A program made the translations under genes and the position numbers. DNA of 64,000 nucleotides from Eledone cirrhosa (taxonomy: Eukaryota), in assembly GCA_964016885.1 (NCBI GenBank), contig OZ024747.1:25792001-25856000 (forward strand), read 5' to 3'. The notes beneath the pieces are model-generated. The model did not search any database. It was not told where the DNA came from and saw nothing but the letters and a program-made list of their open reading frames with translations. Below, one piece after another: positions 44,560-57,390 of this stretch (positions are counted from its first letter, which is position 1; every line of letters starts with the position of its first letter).

Positions 44560-44897
44560 TTCGTTCTTCTGGTTTTATAATTTTACAAATTTTTGCCAAT
44601 AGAGACAGAGAGAGTCGGTTTCTAACCTAGATACAAGACTGTCTCTTTGGAATTTACACAACATCAATTAGGTAGATAAATCTGAAGGTACAATCAGAGT
44701 GGAGTATCTGCAGATTTCTCATCAGTTCTGCATAAATATTCTCCTTTTCGCTAATCTTTGATATTATATTGGCATCTGCTGGGCAGCTGACTTCCACTAC
44801 TGTGCATGCCTTCTTTTCCCTGTCCCATATCATAATATCTGGTCTGTTATGCCTGCATTTTATTGGGGGGTTTTACTGGAACATTCCACCAGTACTC
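44560..44897 (-). mobile_element. 3' fragment of an RLE-type non-LTR retrotransposon (R4/Dong-like) inside (CATA)n
   Basis: With one frameshift it reads EYWWNVPVK...KCRHNRPDIMIWDREKKACTVVEVSCPADANIISKISEKENIYAEL, an RPD..E..P..EK..Y restriction-like endonuclease motif. The 3'UTR runs into (CATA)n. Confidence 0.8.
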
Positions 44898-45021
44898 TAT
44901 GTATGTATGTATGTATGTATGTATGTATGTATGTATGTATGTATGTATGTATGTATGTATGTATGTACGTACGTACGTACGTATGTATGTATGTATGTAT
45001 GTATGTATGTATGTATGTATG

Positions 45022-45053
<32 letters not shown>

Positions 45054-45470
45054 ACATACATACATACATACTTCACGGCACAGGCATTGTATAAAAGCTT
45101 CTCGACACAGGCATTTTTTTATATCTGGAGATCTCTCTGCACTTGTCGTTACATGGTACCATGGGCCCAACACTATGTGTCAATAATTGTCACAAGTGTA
45201 GTGTTTGGACCAGAGTGTTCAAGTCGCAGGCTGGACTAAAATGTCACACTCGTTCAGCGCATCGGTAAGGGTTCTCCTACATGGATATAAAGTAGTGGCC
45301 GTACTCGAAAACGAGTTGGCAGCCACCATGTATGTATGTATGTAAGTGTGTGTATAAATGTATGCATACATGTATCTATGCATATATGTATGTATGTATT
45401 TATGTATATGTTTGTGTGTGTGTTTGTATACATGTGTGTGTGCATGTATGTAAATGTGTCTGTATGAATG

Positions 45471-45569
<99 letters not shown>

Positions 45570-45570
45570 G

Positions 45571-45609
<39 letters not shown>

Positions 45610-46242
45610 GTGTGTGTATATGTATGTATATTTTAAAAATGTATATATATATATATATATAAAAACAAACATAAATTATCGAGATTCGCATTTCGGCCGA
45701 CGAAATAACGAAAAACAACCTCCGAGATGTGCGGCAAGTGCTCAATGATTCAGACAAACCAGAGCTATAACAAACGTTAAAGGCCAAACACACTGAGACG
45801 ATGGTTAAACAATCATTCGCATAGCCAAAAAAACGATCAAGTAATTCGGGTATTGAAAATTTACCCGGACCCCTGGAAGGTTGGTAAAACCCAGTATATG
45901 GGTTTCTGCGGCTCCTAAATCAAGTACCGTCCGCTTACATAAATAATGTCAGGCTTCTGCTAAGATGATTGAACAAGGAAGCCACTTTCTCAACAGGTTT
46001 TAGTTCAATGTTAATACAAGGACTGACTATTGCTGACCCCACGTAGGGATCGGCAACCCCTATATCAGGCGAATGAATTCAGTTGTGTATATTTTTGCAA
46101 GAATGCAAAAACATCACAAATCGAATAGAGTTCTCAACAGAAGGGTTTAAATTAACATAAGCTATTCATCAGTCAATAGAATCAACTAAAAAATCAAGAA
46201 AATTAACTGGTCAATAGCTAGAGTCTGGAGATTAATACAAAC

Positions 46243-46332
<90 letters not shown>

Positions 46333-46334
46333 TA

Positions 46335-46700
46335 CCATCTGGGTGAGTTTCTTGGTCAGTGTCCAAGTCTCAGACCCGTACAGCAGCACAGACTCCACTA
46401 CAGCAATGAAGAGGCGGTTCTTCAGGTCTCCACGAAGGTCCGACTCCCACAGGAGTGGCAGGCCACCCAGGCTTTGCTCTTCCTCTCAACCATATCATCT
46501 TCCGTATTCCCAATCTTTGCTGTGGGAGCCCCTACATGGACACACTGGAAAAGGAAGACCAAGGTTAACGCATGTTGATGCCCTAAGGACAGACACTGGT
46601 CTGTTGGAGACGCAGGACATGGCAGCGATAATGAGGGACAGAGACCGCTGGAGAGAACTCGTCCATGGATCTCGGGAATTTTACCCGCCCTAGATAGATA
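46335..46700. mobile_element. RTE-like LINE 3' fragment with an inverted 5' segment
   Basis: Minus strand about 46335-46449: [26 protein letters not shown]. Plus strand about 46450-46693: [24 protein letters not shown]...MRDRDRWR, then stop and a (TAGA)n tail. Confidence 0.75.
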
Positions 46701-46856
46701 CATATATACACCCTCCTCCCACACATATATATATATATATATATATACATATATATATACACATATATATATATGTAAATATATATATATATATATGTAA
46801 ATATATACACATATATATATATATATGTATACATATATATGTATACATATATATAC

Positions 46857-46941
<85 letters not shown>

Positions 46942-47285
46942 TATATACACATATATATATATATATGTAAATATATATATATATATATGTAAATATATAC
47001 ACATATATATATATATATGTATACATATATATATGTATACATATATATACATATATATATATATATAAATGTGTGTATATATATATATATATTAATGTTT
47101 CGGACTCTAGTTCTTCATCTAAAATAGAAAGAGAGAGATAAAAAGTATGTTTTTGAGTTAGAAGAAGAAGGAAGACAGATGAATGGCAAAACGAAAACAG
47201 AAAAGGTTAGAGAAAGTACGAATTGTTAGTCAGCCGTTGTTGTGTCAACACGCGCGTACGCCCGTGCGCACACACACGCACTCTC

Positions 47286-47326
<41 letters not shown>

Positions 47327-47349
47327 TACACACACACAGACATATATAT

Positions 47350-47380
<31 letters not shown>

Positions 47381-47798
47381 CATTCATTGAAAACACCCTC
47401 ACACACTCACTTCTCGAAGCTGTTGAAAATATTTTGAAACATCCTAATCAAAGAAAGTCCTTTAAATACATTTCAGTCTTCTTGTGTGATCAGTTGTCAA
47501 TCATCTTTTCCTGTGAAAGATATCCAGATGACATGGAAAGCAGTTTAGAAGAGTTGAATATAAAAGAAAGAAAAGAAAGAAAAAACATGTTCTGTATATC
47601 TTTCAAAATCTTCGTCTGTTTGAATGAGTGGATATCGTTTTCACTTGTGGGCTATTATTGCCCGTAGTTTATTAGTAAAAAAAGAAAAAAGAATTATTTT
47701 CATGCATGATTCTTAACACATTCATACTTTTGAAGTGGTTAAGTTGTTCAGCCCGCAATCGTAAGTTCGTTTTCTAGCAACGAGCAGTGTCCTTGAGT

Positions 47799-48133
47799 TC
47801 AATCCAATCCAATTTAATCCAGAGTTATCTCACTCATGTTAGAGGAACCTCTCCCTGGTTAACCTTCACCGATTTCTGTTTGGTTTTGGTCATGTCAGGG
47901 GTGTAGCCGTACTCACCACGCTTGGCCAATTGTGGGTTTGTGAGGCTACTTAACCCATAATTGGGGTGGATGACCGTTGACTCTGAGGAGTTCATCCACC
48001 CTTTTAATAGCTCTTGTATTTTTTTTGTGCTGCAGGGATCTGGTGGAAGAACCGGTTTAGTCGCCGACCACTCGACCATATAGTAGGTTGTACTGGGTTA
48101 CATGGTTCCAATAGGCACAAATCTGACCAGACA
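47799..48133 (-). mobile_element. 335-bp retroposed element nested in a SINE B copy, 7-bp TSD
   Basis: TSD cttgagt at 47792-47798 and 48134-48140, splitting gtccttgagtaagacact. (GGATT)-like tail. Its 5' tip is related to 4757-4815. Confidence 0.6.
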
Positions 48134-48864
48134 CTTGAGTAAGACACTATACTTCACATTGTTTCATTCCACTCAGCTGAAAAAAAAGAAGATTTATTCC
48201 TGTAATCCAAAGTAGCAGTCCTGTTACATCCTGTATAAAGCTGAATCTCCACGAGAAAAATATTAGCAGTACAGATGTCAGTCGAATCACCAGCCTCTAC
48301 TCGCACGTTACTTTCATGATCAGGATGTTCTTCTTTAATTAAGGTTGAGTGCTCAATATTGGTAAAGACATGCTGCCATATTGAGCATTAACGCCAACCC
48401 CATCCAGTCCGTCACTGCTGCTGTCATTTGCTGACCGACTAGCAGTTAATACCACACGGCACCAACCTGAACATTTAGTAATAAGGTCGATTTCCTGATC
48501 CCCCCTGAGAACTGCTTGCTGATGAGAATTACCTTGTTTGGAATTTGCTGGTTATAGATTTATTATTAATTGATGATTAGCGGGTTCTTCAAACAGTAGT
48601 GTACCCCAGCTTAGACGTGGAATTTTGTACTCCGGCGGATTTTTGTTTGCTAAACTAGGAGGCTACTGACTGATTGATGAGAATGTGAGTACTTTAGCGT
48701 TTTCAAATCTTAATCTGTCGATACAATAATTGCATTGTTCTCATAACTTAGGCTTCCGTCTTAGATATTGTCTTACAATTAATCCTATGTATGTGCTCCA
48801 AATGAATTTGTTGAGCAAATTGTAAACAACAAAATCGAAATCACTGGACATCGATCTAAACCCT

Positions 48865-48983
<119 letters not shown>

Positions 48984-49227
48984 AATATACATATATATGT
49001 AAAAGGTAAGCAGATATAACAAAGCAAATGACATAGTACATTGAAGAAATATATTAGTTTAACGCTTGAGATAGCAAGAAAAGAGTTTTAATGTTTTGGA
49101 TACCAGTCCTTCATCAGGAGATGGAGTTAGAAATAAAAGATAAAATAGGAAGATAAAGAGTAAGAAGAAGGAATGGCGGAAAAATGAGAAAAAGGGGGAA
49201 ATATATATATATACTAAAGGTGCTTTT

Positions 49228-49284
<57 letters not shown>

Positions 49285-49488
49285 GATTAATCCAGTTAAA
49301 CCAGTTTTAAACTAGTTAGACCATTATTTAACAGATTGCTCGATACTTGTGATAGAAGAGTATGACTATATTAGAAAAAGTCGGGGCTCGACGGCTCTGC
49401 CCATGTGTGCCCTTTCAACAGCTAGTTCCAGAACAGAACTAACTGTTGAAACGGCAAGAGCTCAGCCGTCGGGCCCCGGCTCTTTGTA

Positions 49489-49531
<43 letters not shown>

Positions 49532-49701
49532 ATGTAATAAGCGATTTCTCTCCTCGGTGACAAAGAGATTACATTTATACAAATATAGAATAGGTGATTC
49601 ACCTACTGGATCTATTTTCTGAACAATGGCATTATATCTATGTCGTGAAGAAATGAGTACACACACACACACACACACACACAGACACACACACACACAG
49701 A

Positions 49702-49812
<111 letters not shown>

Positions 49813-50060
49813 AGACACAGACACACACACACACAGACACAGACACAGACACACACACACAGACACAGACACACACACAGACACAGACACAGACACACAC
49901 ACACAGACACAGACACACACACAGACACACACACAGACACAGACACACAGACACACACACACACGCACACACACACACACACAGACACAGACACAGACAC
50001 ACAGACACACAGACACACATACACACAGACACACACACACACAGACACACACACACACAG

Positions 50061-50092
<32 letters not shown>

Positions 50093-50115
50093 AGACACAG
50101 ACACACACACACACG

Positions 50116-50156
<41 letters not shown>

Positions 50157-50449
50157 ACATGCATGTGGGTGAGTGTGCGCACACAAGTTTATACATTTAT
50201 ATATGTGTGTATATATATATATTCATATTTATGTATATTGCATTGTGTACTAATCAGCTGAAGTTGTCGAAGGATAAGATGCTGTACTCAAACACTGTTT
50301 GGATCAATGTTAAGCCTCTACCTTCCTCGTTACGTTTAAGGTAGAAACGGTCTATCTTACAGTTGATGAGTATATATATATATATATATATGTTCGTACG
50401 TTTATATGTATGGCTATGTATGAATGCATCTATCTATCTATCTATCTAG

Positions 50450-53424
50450 GATCAGAAGTTGGTGACCGGAGTGGTCAACCTTTATAGAACCCATAGACAA
50501 GGACCTGGTTACTGGAAGCTAAACTTGTCCTTACCGACAAACAAAGCTTACAGTAAGCGGATTAGCACTTTAGTTAAACAGCACTTGACAGGGGCCGTTG
50601 TCAATAACAGATGGTGGTACTCTCTCAAGAGGGAAGTTAGATTAGAGTCGTTAGTTTTTAGTAAAGAATTAGCGTTAGATAGAAATAGGACCGAGAAGGA
50701 ACTGGTAGATAAAGTAGAAGAGGCAATTAGAAGTGGCAACGTAGCCAGCGTGCTAGCAACGAGAACGGCCTTGGACCAGTTCTTCGACGCAAAGCACGAG
50801 GGCTGCGTTGTCAGAAGAAAAATACGTGCTCTGGGTAACGAGGGAGCCAAAGTTGTTAGCTGGGCCCGAGTGACGGAGGCGAAAAGTGGCAAAAAGTCCA
50901 CGATTCGGTCTTTGAAGGACCAAAACGGACGCGTGATACGTGAACCGAAGCAGATGTACGCGGCCTTTCAGCGGCACTTTGCTCAGCTGTTCGGGCAGGG
51001 CGGCGCGTCGGGAAGGGCTATGGATTTCGGTCCATACCTCGACGGCCTACCGCGACTCTCGGACAGCGAGGCGAAGTTCTGCGAAAGGCCGATTTCAGCC
51101 TCTGAGATAGAGGACGCGCTGAGCCAATTTGGCAAACGCAAATCTCCAGGTCTCGACGGTCTACCCTACGAATTTTACGTAGCAATGCCGGACTTGTTCT
51201 CCGGTCTCCTGGAAGCGGTCTACTGCAATTGGCAGCAGAACAGGAGGATTCCTAGTTCTGTGGCCAGGGGCGTAGTCACACTAGTCAGGAAGGACGAGAA
51301 TAAGAGGGATGACATAGGCATCTTCAGAGTTACAGATTTTGGCCAAGGTGTTGGCAAAGAGGCTGGAGCTTGTCGTCGAAAACCTGGTGGGAGAAGCGCA
51401 GACATGCGCAATCCCGACCAGGTCCATACACGACACCTCATGCGATACATCGTAGAGAGGGTAGGGTGTAAACCCGGCTTCGGTGGGGCCCTGATCAACT
51501 TGGATCAGTCTAAGGCTTTCGATAGGGTTGACCATCGTTATCTGGATGCGGTGTTCGAGGCGGCAGGCTTCGGACCCGTGTTCAGGGGCTGGATTGCTGC
51601 AATGCACAACAGCAACATCTGCTAAAGGGTCAAGGTGAACGGCTACCTCTCGGAGCCGTTCCATATCACGCCATCCATCCGACAGGGATGCCTTCTCTCC
51701 TCTCTTCTGTACGTACTGACTCTCGAGCCACTACTGCGGAGGTTGGAGCTATTGCAGCGCATCCCTCTAGAACCGGGACTGCGGAAAGCGGAGTCGGCCT
51801 ACGCCGACGACGTGACAGTAATGGCGTCGAGCATCTCGCAAATCGAGGAAGTCGGCACCTTACTGAAGGAATACGAAAGGTTCACAGGAGCTAAGCTGAA
51901 CCGGGACAAGTTCATCGGTTTGCAACTCGGATCGTGGAGAGGCAAACCGATGCCTTCCGATGGCGTCGTCGGACGCTGGACGGAAGGATCGGTGAAGCTG
52001 CTCGGGGTCTGGTTTGGTCCGGACCTCCAGGTGGAGAAGAACTGGAACGAGGTGACGGCCAACGTGTTTGCACTCACTCAGAAGTGGGCCGAGTGCAAAC
52101 TATCATTGAAAGGTCGCCACAGTGGAGGTGGCGAACACTTTTATAGCGTCCGTCATCTACTACGGCTTGACCGTCGTGCCTTCTCCAGCCAAAACGCTCA
52201 CCAAAATGGAGCGCGCGCTCTTCTAATTCCTTTGGAAGAAGCGGGCTCCTTTGGTGAGAAGATCCATCTGCTGCCAACACCCTTCCAATGGAGGGCTGGG
52301 GATTCCGTGGCTGACGATGCGCAAACACGCGCTCAGGCTGCGGCATCTTTACGTATTCCTCACCGGACAACCGGTGTGGGCCCCGTTCGTGAGGCGACCC
52401 TTCCCACGACTCGTCTCGCTGACCGAGCTGCAGTCCTGAGTCAAGGAAAGACCGAGGAAAATGGGCGACTGGCACATCGAATGTGCTCAGGCGCTCACAG
52501 CCCTCTGGCAGGCGGACCCGGCGATCAGTGGAGACTCCACTTCGTCATTCTATAGAGGGTTGATCCGCAGCAAGTGCGACGACGCGCTCGGAGAAACTCT
52601 AGGCGTGGAGGAAGACGAACTGGCCAGTCTGTTCGGTAGGACCTTCCGCCCGGGATCGATGGACAACTTCCCAAAGTCCCTGGCCTGGCAGTGCTACCGA
52701 GGAGCTCTACCAGTTCGAGACAAGCTCTACTGACATGGGCACCCGGGCAGAGACCCTTCGAAAAAGATCTGTCCGAGATGCGTGCGAGATGAAGAAACCG
52801 TCGCGCACGCATTCATACACTGCCCGGGCGTTACCGACTTGTGGGGCTATGTAGAACGACTATTGTCGCGAGTGGGACCAATCCGGTTGACCACCGAGTC
52901 CATTGTCGTGATCAAACCGCCACGCTCCTTCAAAAACGAAGGGGAGGCGGTTTTCCTTTGTATGATAGCTATGGCGAAAGAGGTTGTATGGTGCATGAGG
53001 TTAAAAGGGCTGAGGTCAGACACCTTTCTCTCCGGCCAACAACTGATTCTTTTTTCAAATACCACTTTGGAAGAAGAATCAGGATGGAGAGAGAGGTGCT
53101 GTACACCAGCAAGTTTTATGAAAGGTGGGTGAAAGTGGCGAGAATGGCCCGAATGAATGGGCCTTCTCTCTATATCAGCCTGTAGGTTGAGGAAAAAGAG
53201 GAAGAGAGGAAAGGAGTACAAACTCTTCGTACTCCTGGAGATGAGGGTTGCACATTTTTTTCGGGGGTATGTGCTACCCATATGAACTGTCTCCCCCTAT
53301 TGGGGAAAATCGATTAACTTTTAATTTGCATTTGTGATAATATTTTACACGTTTTTATTGTATGTAAACTCCACCCTTTGTAATTGTCCCCTTCTTTTGT
53401 GCCCCTGTGCCTAATAAAGAAACA
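50450..53424 (+). pseudogene. Decayed, 5'-truncated Tx1/L1-type LINE, sister subfamily of 34888-38800, TSD up to 19 bp
   Basis: ORF pieces 50459-51625, 51635-52555, 52461-52733 and 52782-53185 are colinear with ORF2 (YADD retained) but broken by stops and frameshifts. TSD tatctatctatctatctag at 50431-50449 and 53425-53443. Confidence 0.92.
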
Positions 53425-53949
53425 TATCTATCTATCTATCTAGCTGTCTATCTATCTGTCTGTCTATCTATCTATCTATTTCTCTCTCTCCCCCCCTTTC
53501 CCCTTATCTCTCTATGTATGTATGTATGTATGTATGTATGTATGTATGTATGTATGTATGTATGTATGTATGTATGTATGTATGTGTGTATGTGTGTATG
53601 TGTGTGTATGTATATGTATGTGTATCTGTGCGTATGTAGATGTATATATGTGTGTGTGTAGGTATATATATATGTATGTATATATATATGTGCGTGCATG
53701 TGTGTGTATATATATATGTGTGTGTGTGTTGTGTAAATAAATATAAACGCGTTTGTATTGTGAGTACTTGTAATTTAATATATTATTAAGAGATGTGGTT
53801 GCCCCAAAGCTCATTAGTAATGCAAGTGAAACGAATATATAAATGTAAGACTGACATTGGATTCTTCATTAGCTTCATCTTATATACAAATGATATACTC
53901 ACGTACGTATACATACGCACTGACTCTTTCTCTTTCACACATACTCATG

Positions 53950-54024
<75 letters not shown>

Positions 54025-54113
54025 GTAGAACACTGGAAGGTAATATCTGTAGTGGTAGAGCACTCAGTCCATGGGATGAGTTAGGTAGAAGTGGTTACAC
54101 AACAATTAGTTCA

Positions 54114-54163
54114 CCATACCGAGAACAATTGTTTCACCTTAGCGGATCCTCAGCTCGTAATGG
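54114..54163 (-). ncRNA. Mirror copy of the 54204-54253 hammerhead
   Basis: Reverse complement in the left arm of palindrome 54086-54281, where stem I cgag/ctcg is fully Watson-Crick. Confidence 0.65.
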
Positions 54164-54203
54164 ACATGGTTATACGGAACATGTCCATTACGTATAACCA
54201 TGT

Positions 54204-54253
54204 CCATTACGGGCTGAGGATCCGCTAAGGTGAAACAATTGTTCTCGGTATGG
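54204..54253 (+). ncRNA. Minimal type I hammerhead motif (variant)
   Basis: ccat..cggg, CTGAGGA (54214-54220), t-cc-gctaa-gg-t, GAAA (54232-54235), caattg, TT, ctcg..atgg. Palindromic stem III, GUU triplet. Confidence 0.65.
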
Positions 54254-54865
54254 TGAACTAATTGTTGTGTAACCACTTCTATATATATATATATTCTAAC
54301 TTTAATTTTATACCTAATTGTGTATGGTTGACGACATATTTAATCGATTTCCACGTGCTATTGAAATGCTGGGTAAATATTCTATAGCTGTTGATCGCGA
54401 ATAGATGGCTGTCGTTTATTTATCTATTATTTCTTCATAGATGCCTTTTAATCTTATAGCCTTGTTTAATTGTTTTTTTGTGTGGTTGATTATGCTAATT
54501 GGGAGAGGAAATGGTGTATATATATCTTATCAAATGATTCTATGGACATAATTTATAGTATATTGCTCTGATTATTTAATTTATTAATTCATCATTGAGC
54601 CACATCGTGAATGGTTGCCAAAAACATATATATCTATGACTTTGTCTCGATTGTGTATATGTAAATCTTTATATTTGATAATCTCCCATAAGGTTGAGAT
54701 GCAATTTAGGCAATATTAGGCTGCGCTTTCTAGCAACCAGCCCACTCGCCGTAAGGCATCAATCACATTCTTTCTGACCTGACCACTGCCACGTCACAGT
54801 TCTTAGCCATTTTGAATTCGTTTCTGGCGGGGATTATTTAAGAAAAATCTCGGTCCAAGTGAGTT

Positions 54866-55076
54866 TGTTTCCTGATGAGTTCGAAGCTCGAGAATTTATC
54901 CTTGATATCTCCATTTATCCTTGATAGCTCGAGAATTTATCCTTGATATATACATTTATCCTTGATAGCTCGAGAATTTATCCTTCATATCCTTGATATC
55001 TCAATTTATCCTTGATAGCTCGAGAATTTATCCTTGATATCTCCAAAAGCGAACGAAACCCTAAAGGGTAGAAACA
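54866..55076 (+). ncRNA. Type I hammerhead motif with a 166-nt expanded loop II
   Basis: tgtttc, CTGATGA (54872-54878), gttcg [tandem sub-repeats] cgaac, GAAA (55055-55058), ccct-aa-aggg, TA, gaaaca. All three stems pair; GUA triplet. Confidence 0.75.
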
Positions 55077-55312
55077 TAATCCTGGTATGTGTATATGCAT
55101 TTTTTCTTCTAACTTTAATTTTATACCTAATTGTGTATGGTTGACGATATATTTAATCGATTTCCACGTGCTATTGAAATGGTGAGTAAATATTCTATAG
55201 CTGTTGATCGTTAATAGATGGCTGTCGTTTATTTATCTATTATTTCTTCATAGGTGCCTTTTAATCTTATGGCCTGGTTTAATTGTTTTTTTGTGTGGTT
55301 GATTATGCTAAT

Positions 55313-55364
<52 letters not shown>

Positions 55365-55370
<6 letters not shown>

Positions 55371-56722
55371 TAAAATAACAGATTAAAGTTTAAGCAAAGA
55401 ATCGCTGCTTTCACCCTTAACGGGATCTTCTGAAACTAACAAAGTCAATCTGTAAACGCAGTACTGGATATTTCAAAAAACGTTGCAACCGGAGGAAGAC
55501 AGGAAGACGATACTTTGGTTCATGGTGACGTTCGCTGGCAAAGAACGGGAAAAAACGAATAATTGTTTCTACTTTAGGCACAAGGCCAGCAATTACCCAG
55601 TGCATTACTGGTACTTTATTTTATCGACCCCGTTATAGCACGATCTATACGTCGATATTTTACGTCTTGATGTGGGAGCTAAGTATATGTTTTGTTTATT
55701 CCTTTACTTATTTGCATAGGTAAGTATATATTACCCGTATGTTTTGTGAAGGTATGTATACCTTCTCGTACGTATATTTGACTGTTACGGCGTATAATTT
55801 TTACATATTCTGGCATTTAGGGTTTGGTTATGTGTATATGGGAGTTTTGCGTCTGCGTGAGTATGCAGGTTCGTACGTATGGTGGGTGTGTGTATATGTG
55901 TACTTCTTGTTTTAGTTGACTTACGTCTCCGAACCTTCGTGTATTTATTTGTAGGTATGTGTGTGCGCTTGTTATATACGTATTTATTTACTTATATACG
56001 TTTATATAATTATTTATTTATTTGTACACAAGCATACACACATACACATATTTATATGTGCGTGGTTTTGTATACCTATGGTAAGGTTTTGCGTATGCTT
56101 GTGTATGTACGTATCTGTTTGCGCGTATGTATTTATTTGTTTCTATTACTTCAGTATTGTATTTATTTACTTTGTTCTTAACTCTGTAGCGGAGATTCAT
56201 TCGGTCTCCTAGTTAGAATTTTAGTCTACAACTTCTGCTATACCATTTACGTGGTTTTGTCTTTGCGTGCTATTGTTCTCCACGCTCCACATATGACTTA
56301 TTATCTTCGTTTTTTCGTTCTTTGCCAGAGAACGTCTCTATGCACCACTTGGAGAACATTAGTCTACGACCTCTTTTATACCATAAACGTGGTTCTGTCT
56401 TTGCGCGTAATTGTTTTTCACCACTCCTATTAATGACGTATTATTCGTTTTTTCCCGTTCTTTGCCAGCGAACGTCACCACGAACCAAAGTATCGTCTTC
56501 CTGTCTTCCTCCGGTTGCAACGTTTTTTGAAATATCCAGTACTGCGTTTACAGATTGACTTTGTTAGTTTCAGAAGATCCCGTTAAGGGTGAAAGCAGCG
56601 ATTCTTTGCTTAAACTTTAATCTGTTATTTTAATAAATATGTGCTCTTCGGTTCTTATATATTTGATATATATTTTCCTTATCGAGCCCTCTTTGGATTT
56701 TAGTCTTCAATTTTATTATTAT

Positions 56723-56726
<4 letters not shown>
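55365..56726 (+). mobile_element. Non-autonomous element with a 5' inverted copy of its 3' terminal segment (Penelope pLTR-like), flanked by (TA)n
   Basis: 55365-55563 is the reverse complement of 56440-56640. Both arms hold the CAGAAGA motif. Terminal pieces of the same family occur at 5128-5202, 15490-15655 and 59721-59870. Confidence 0.65.
56566..56616 (+). ncRNA. Hammerhead-like motif with CAGAAGA core (other copies at 15495-15544 +, 55387-55437 -, 59796-59846 +)
   Basis: agttt, CAGAAGA, t-ccc-gttaa-ggg-t, GAAA, gca..tgc, TT, aaact. Same stem II style as the 54204 motif but with U4 replaced by A in all four copies. Confidence 0.5.
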
Positions 56727-56812
<86 letters not shown>

Positions 56813-56849
56813 GTATATTTATATATATACAGGTTCACTCACACACGCG

Positions 56850-56891
<42 letters not shown>

Positions 56892-57338
56892 CATATTTAT
56901 AGATATAGGATTTGAATTATGTTCGTGCCAACAGAAATCACAGCAATAATAATCGATTATTATAAATAATACTTGTGAAAATCGCTTAAACTGCCCCAGG
57001 CGACGGAACAAAAGCGGGCAGATGCGTCAGCGAGAAACCGAAGCTTACATCTCTCAGATGCCGGGCGACTGTCCACAAGCTACCAATTCCGTCTTCTTTA
57101 GGAGCCTTTAAATTTGGAGCTAGAAGTGTAAACAAAGCAGTTCACTTAAGAAGCACTGATAAAATTTGAAATATGAAAAGTGTGCATCACAACGCTGTCA
57201 CTTCTGTCTATTTCCCCGTCTTTTGGGAGAACTTTATCCGATTTTCTTAACAATTTTTATAATGGTCATTTGCGTTTGGACGCACACATTCCAAATTTCT
57301 ATAATATTTCCCAAATTTCTTTTTTTCTTAAGTTAATT

Positions 57339-57387
<49 letters not shown>

Positions 57388-57390
<3 letters not shown>

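Noticed and set aside
48040-48133. Possible HDV-like ribozyme at the 5' end of the nested retroposon (related tip at 4757-4815)
   Set aside because: I could not assign the P1/P3/P1.1 pseudoknot by eye; it needs an RNArobo or Infernal search.
49085-49125. Further hammerhead-like relics on minus (also about 25915-25945 and 47092-47125)
   Set aside because: A core box is mutated in each (GAAA to AAAA, CTGATAA, AGATGA) and stems I/III cannot be paired, so none is supportable as a ribozyme.
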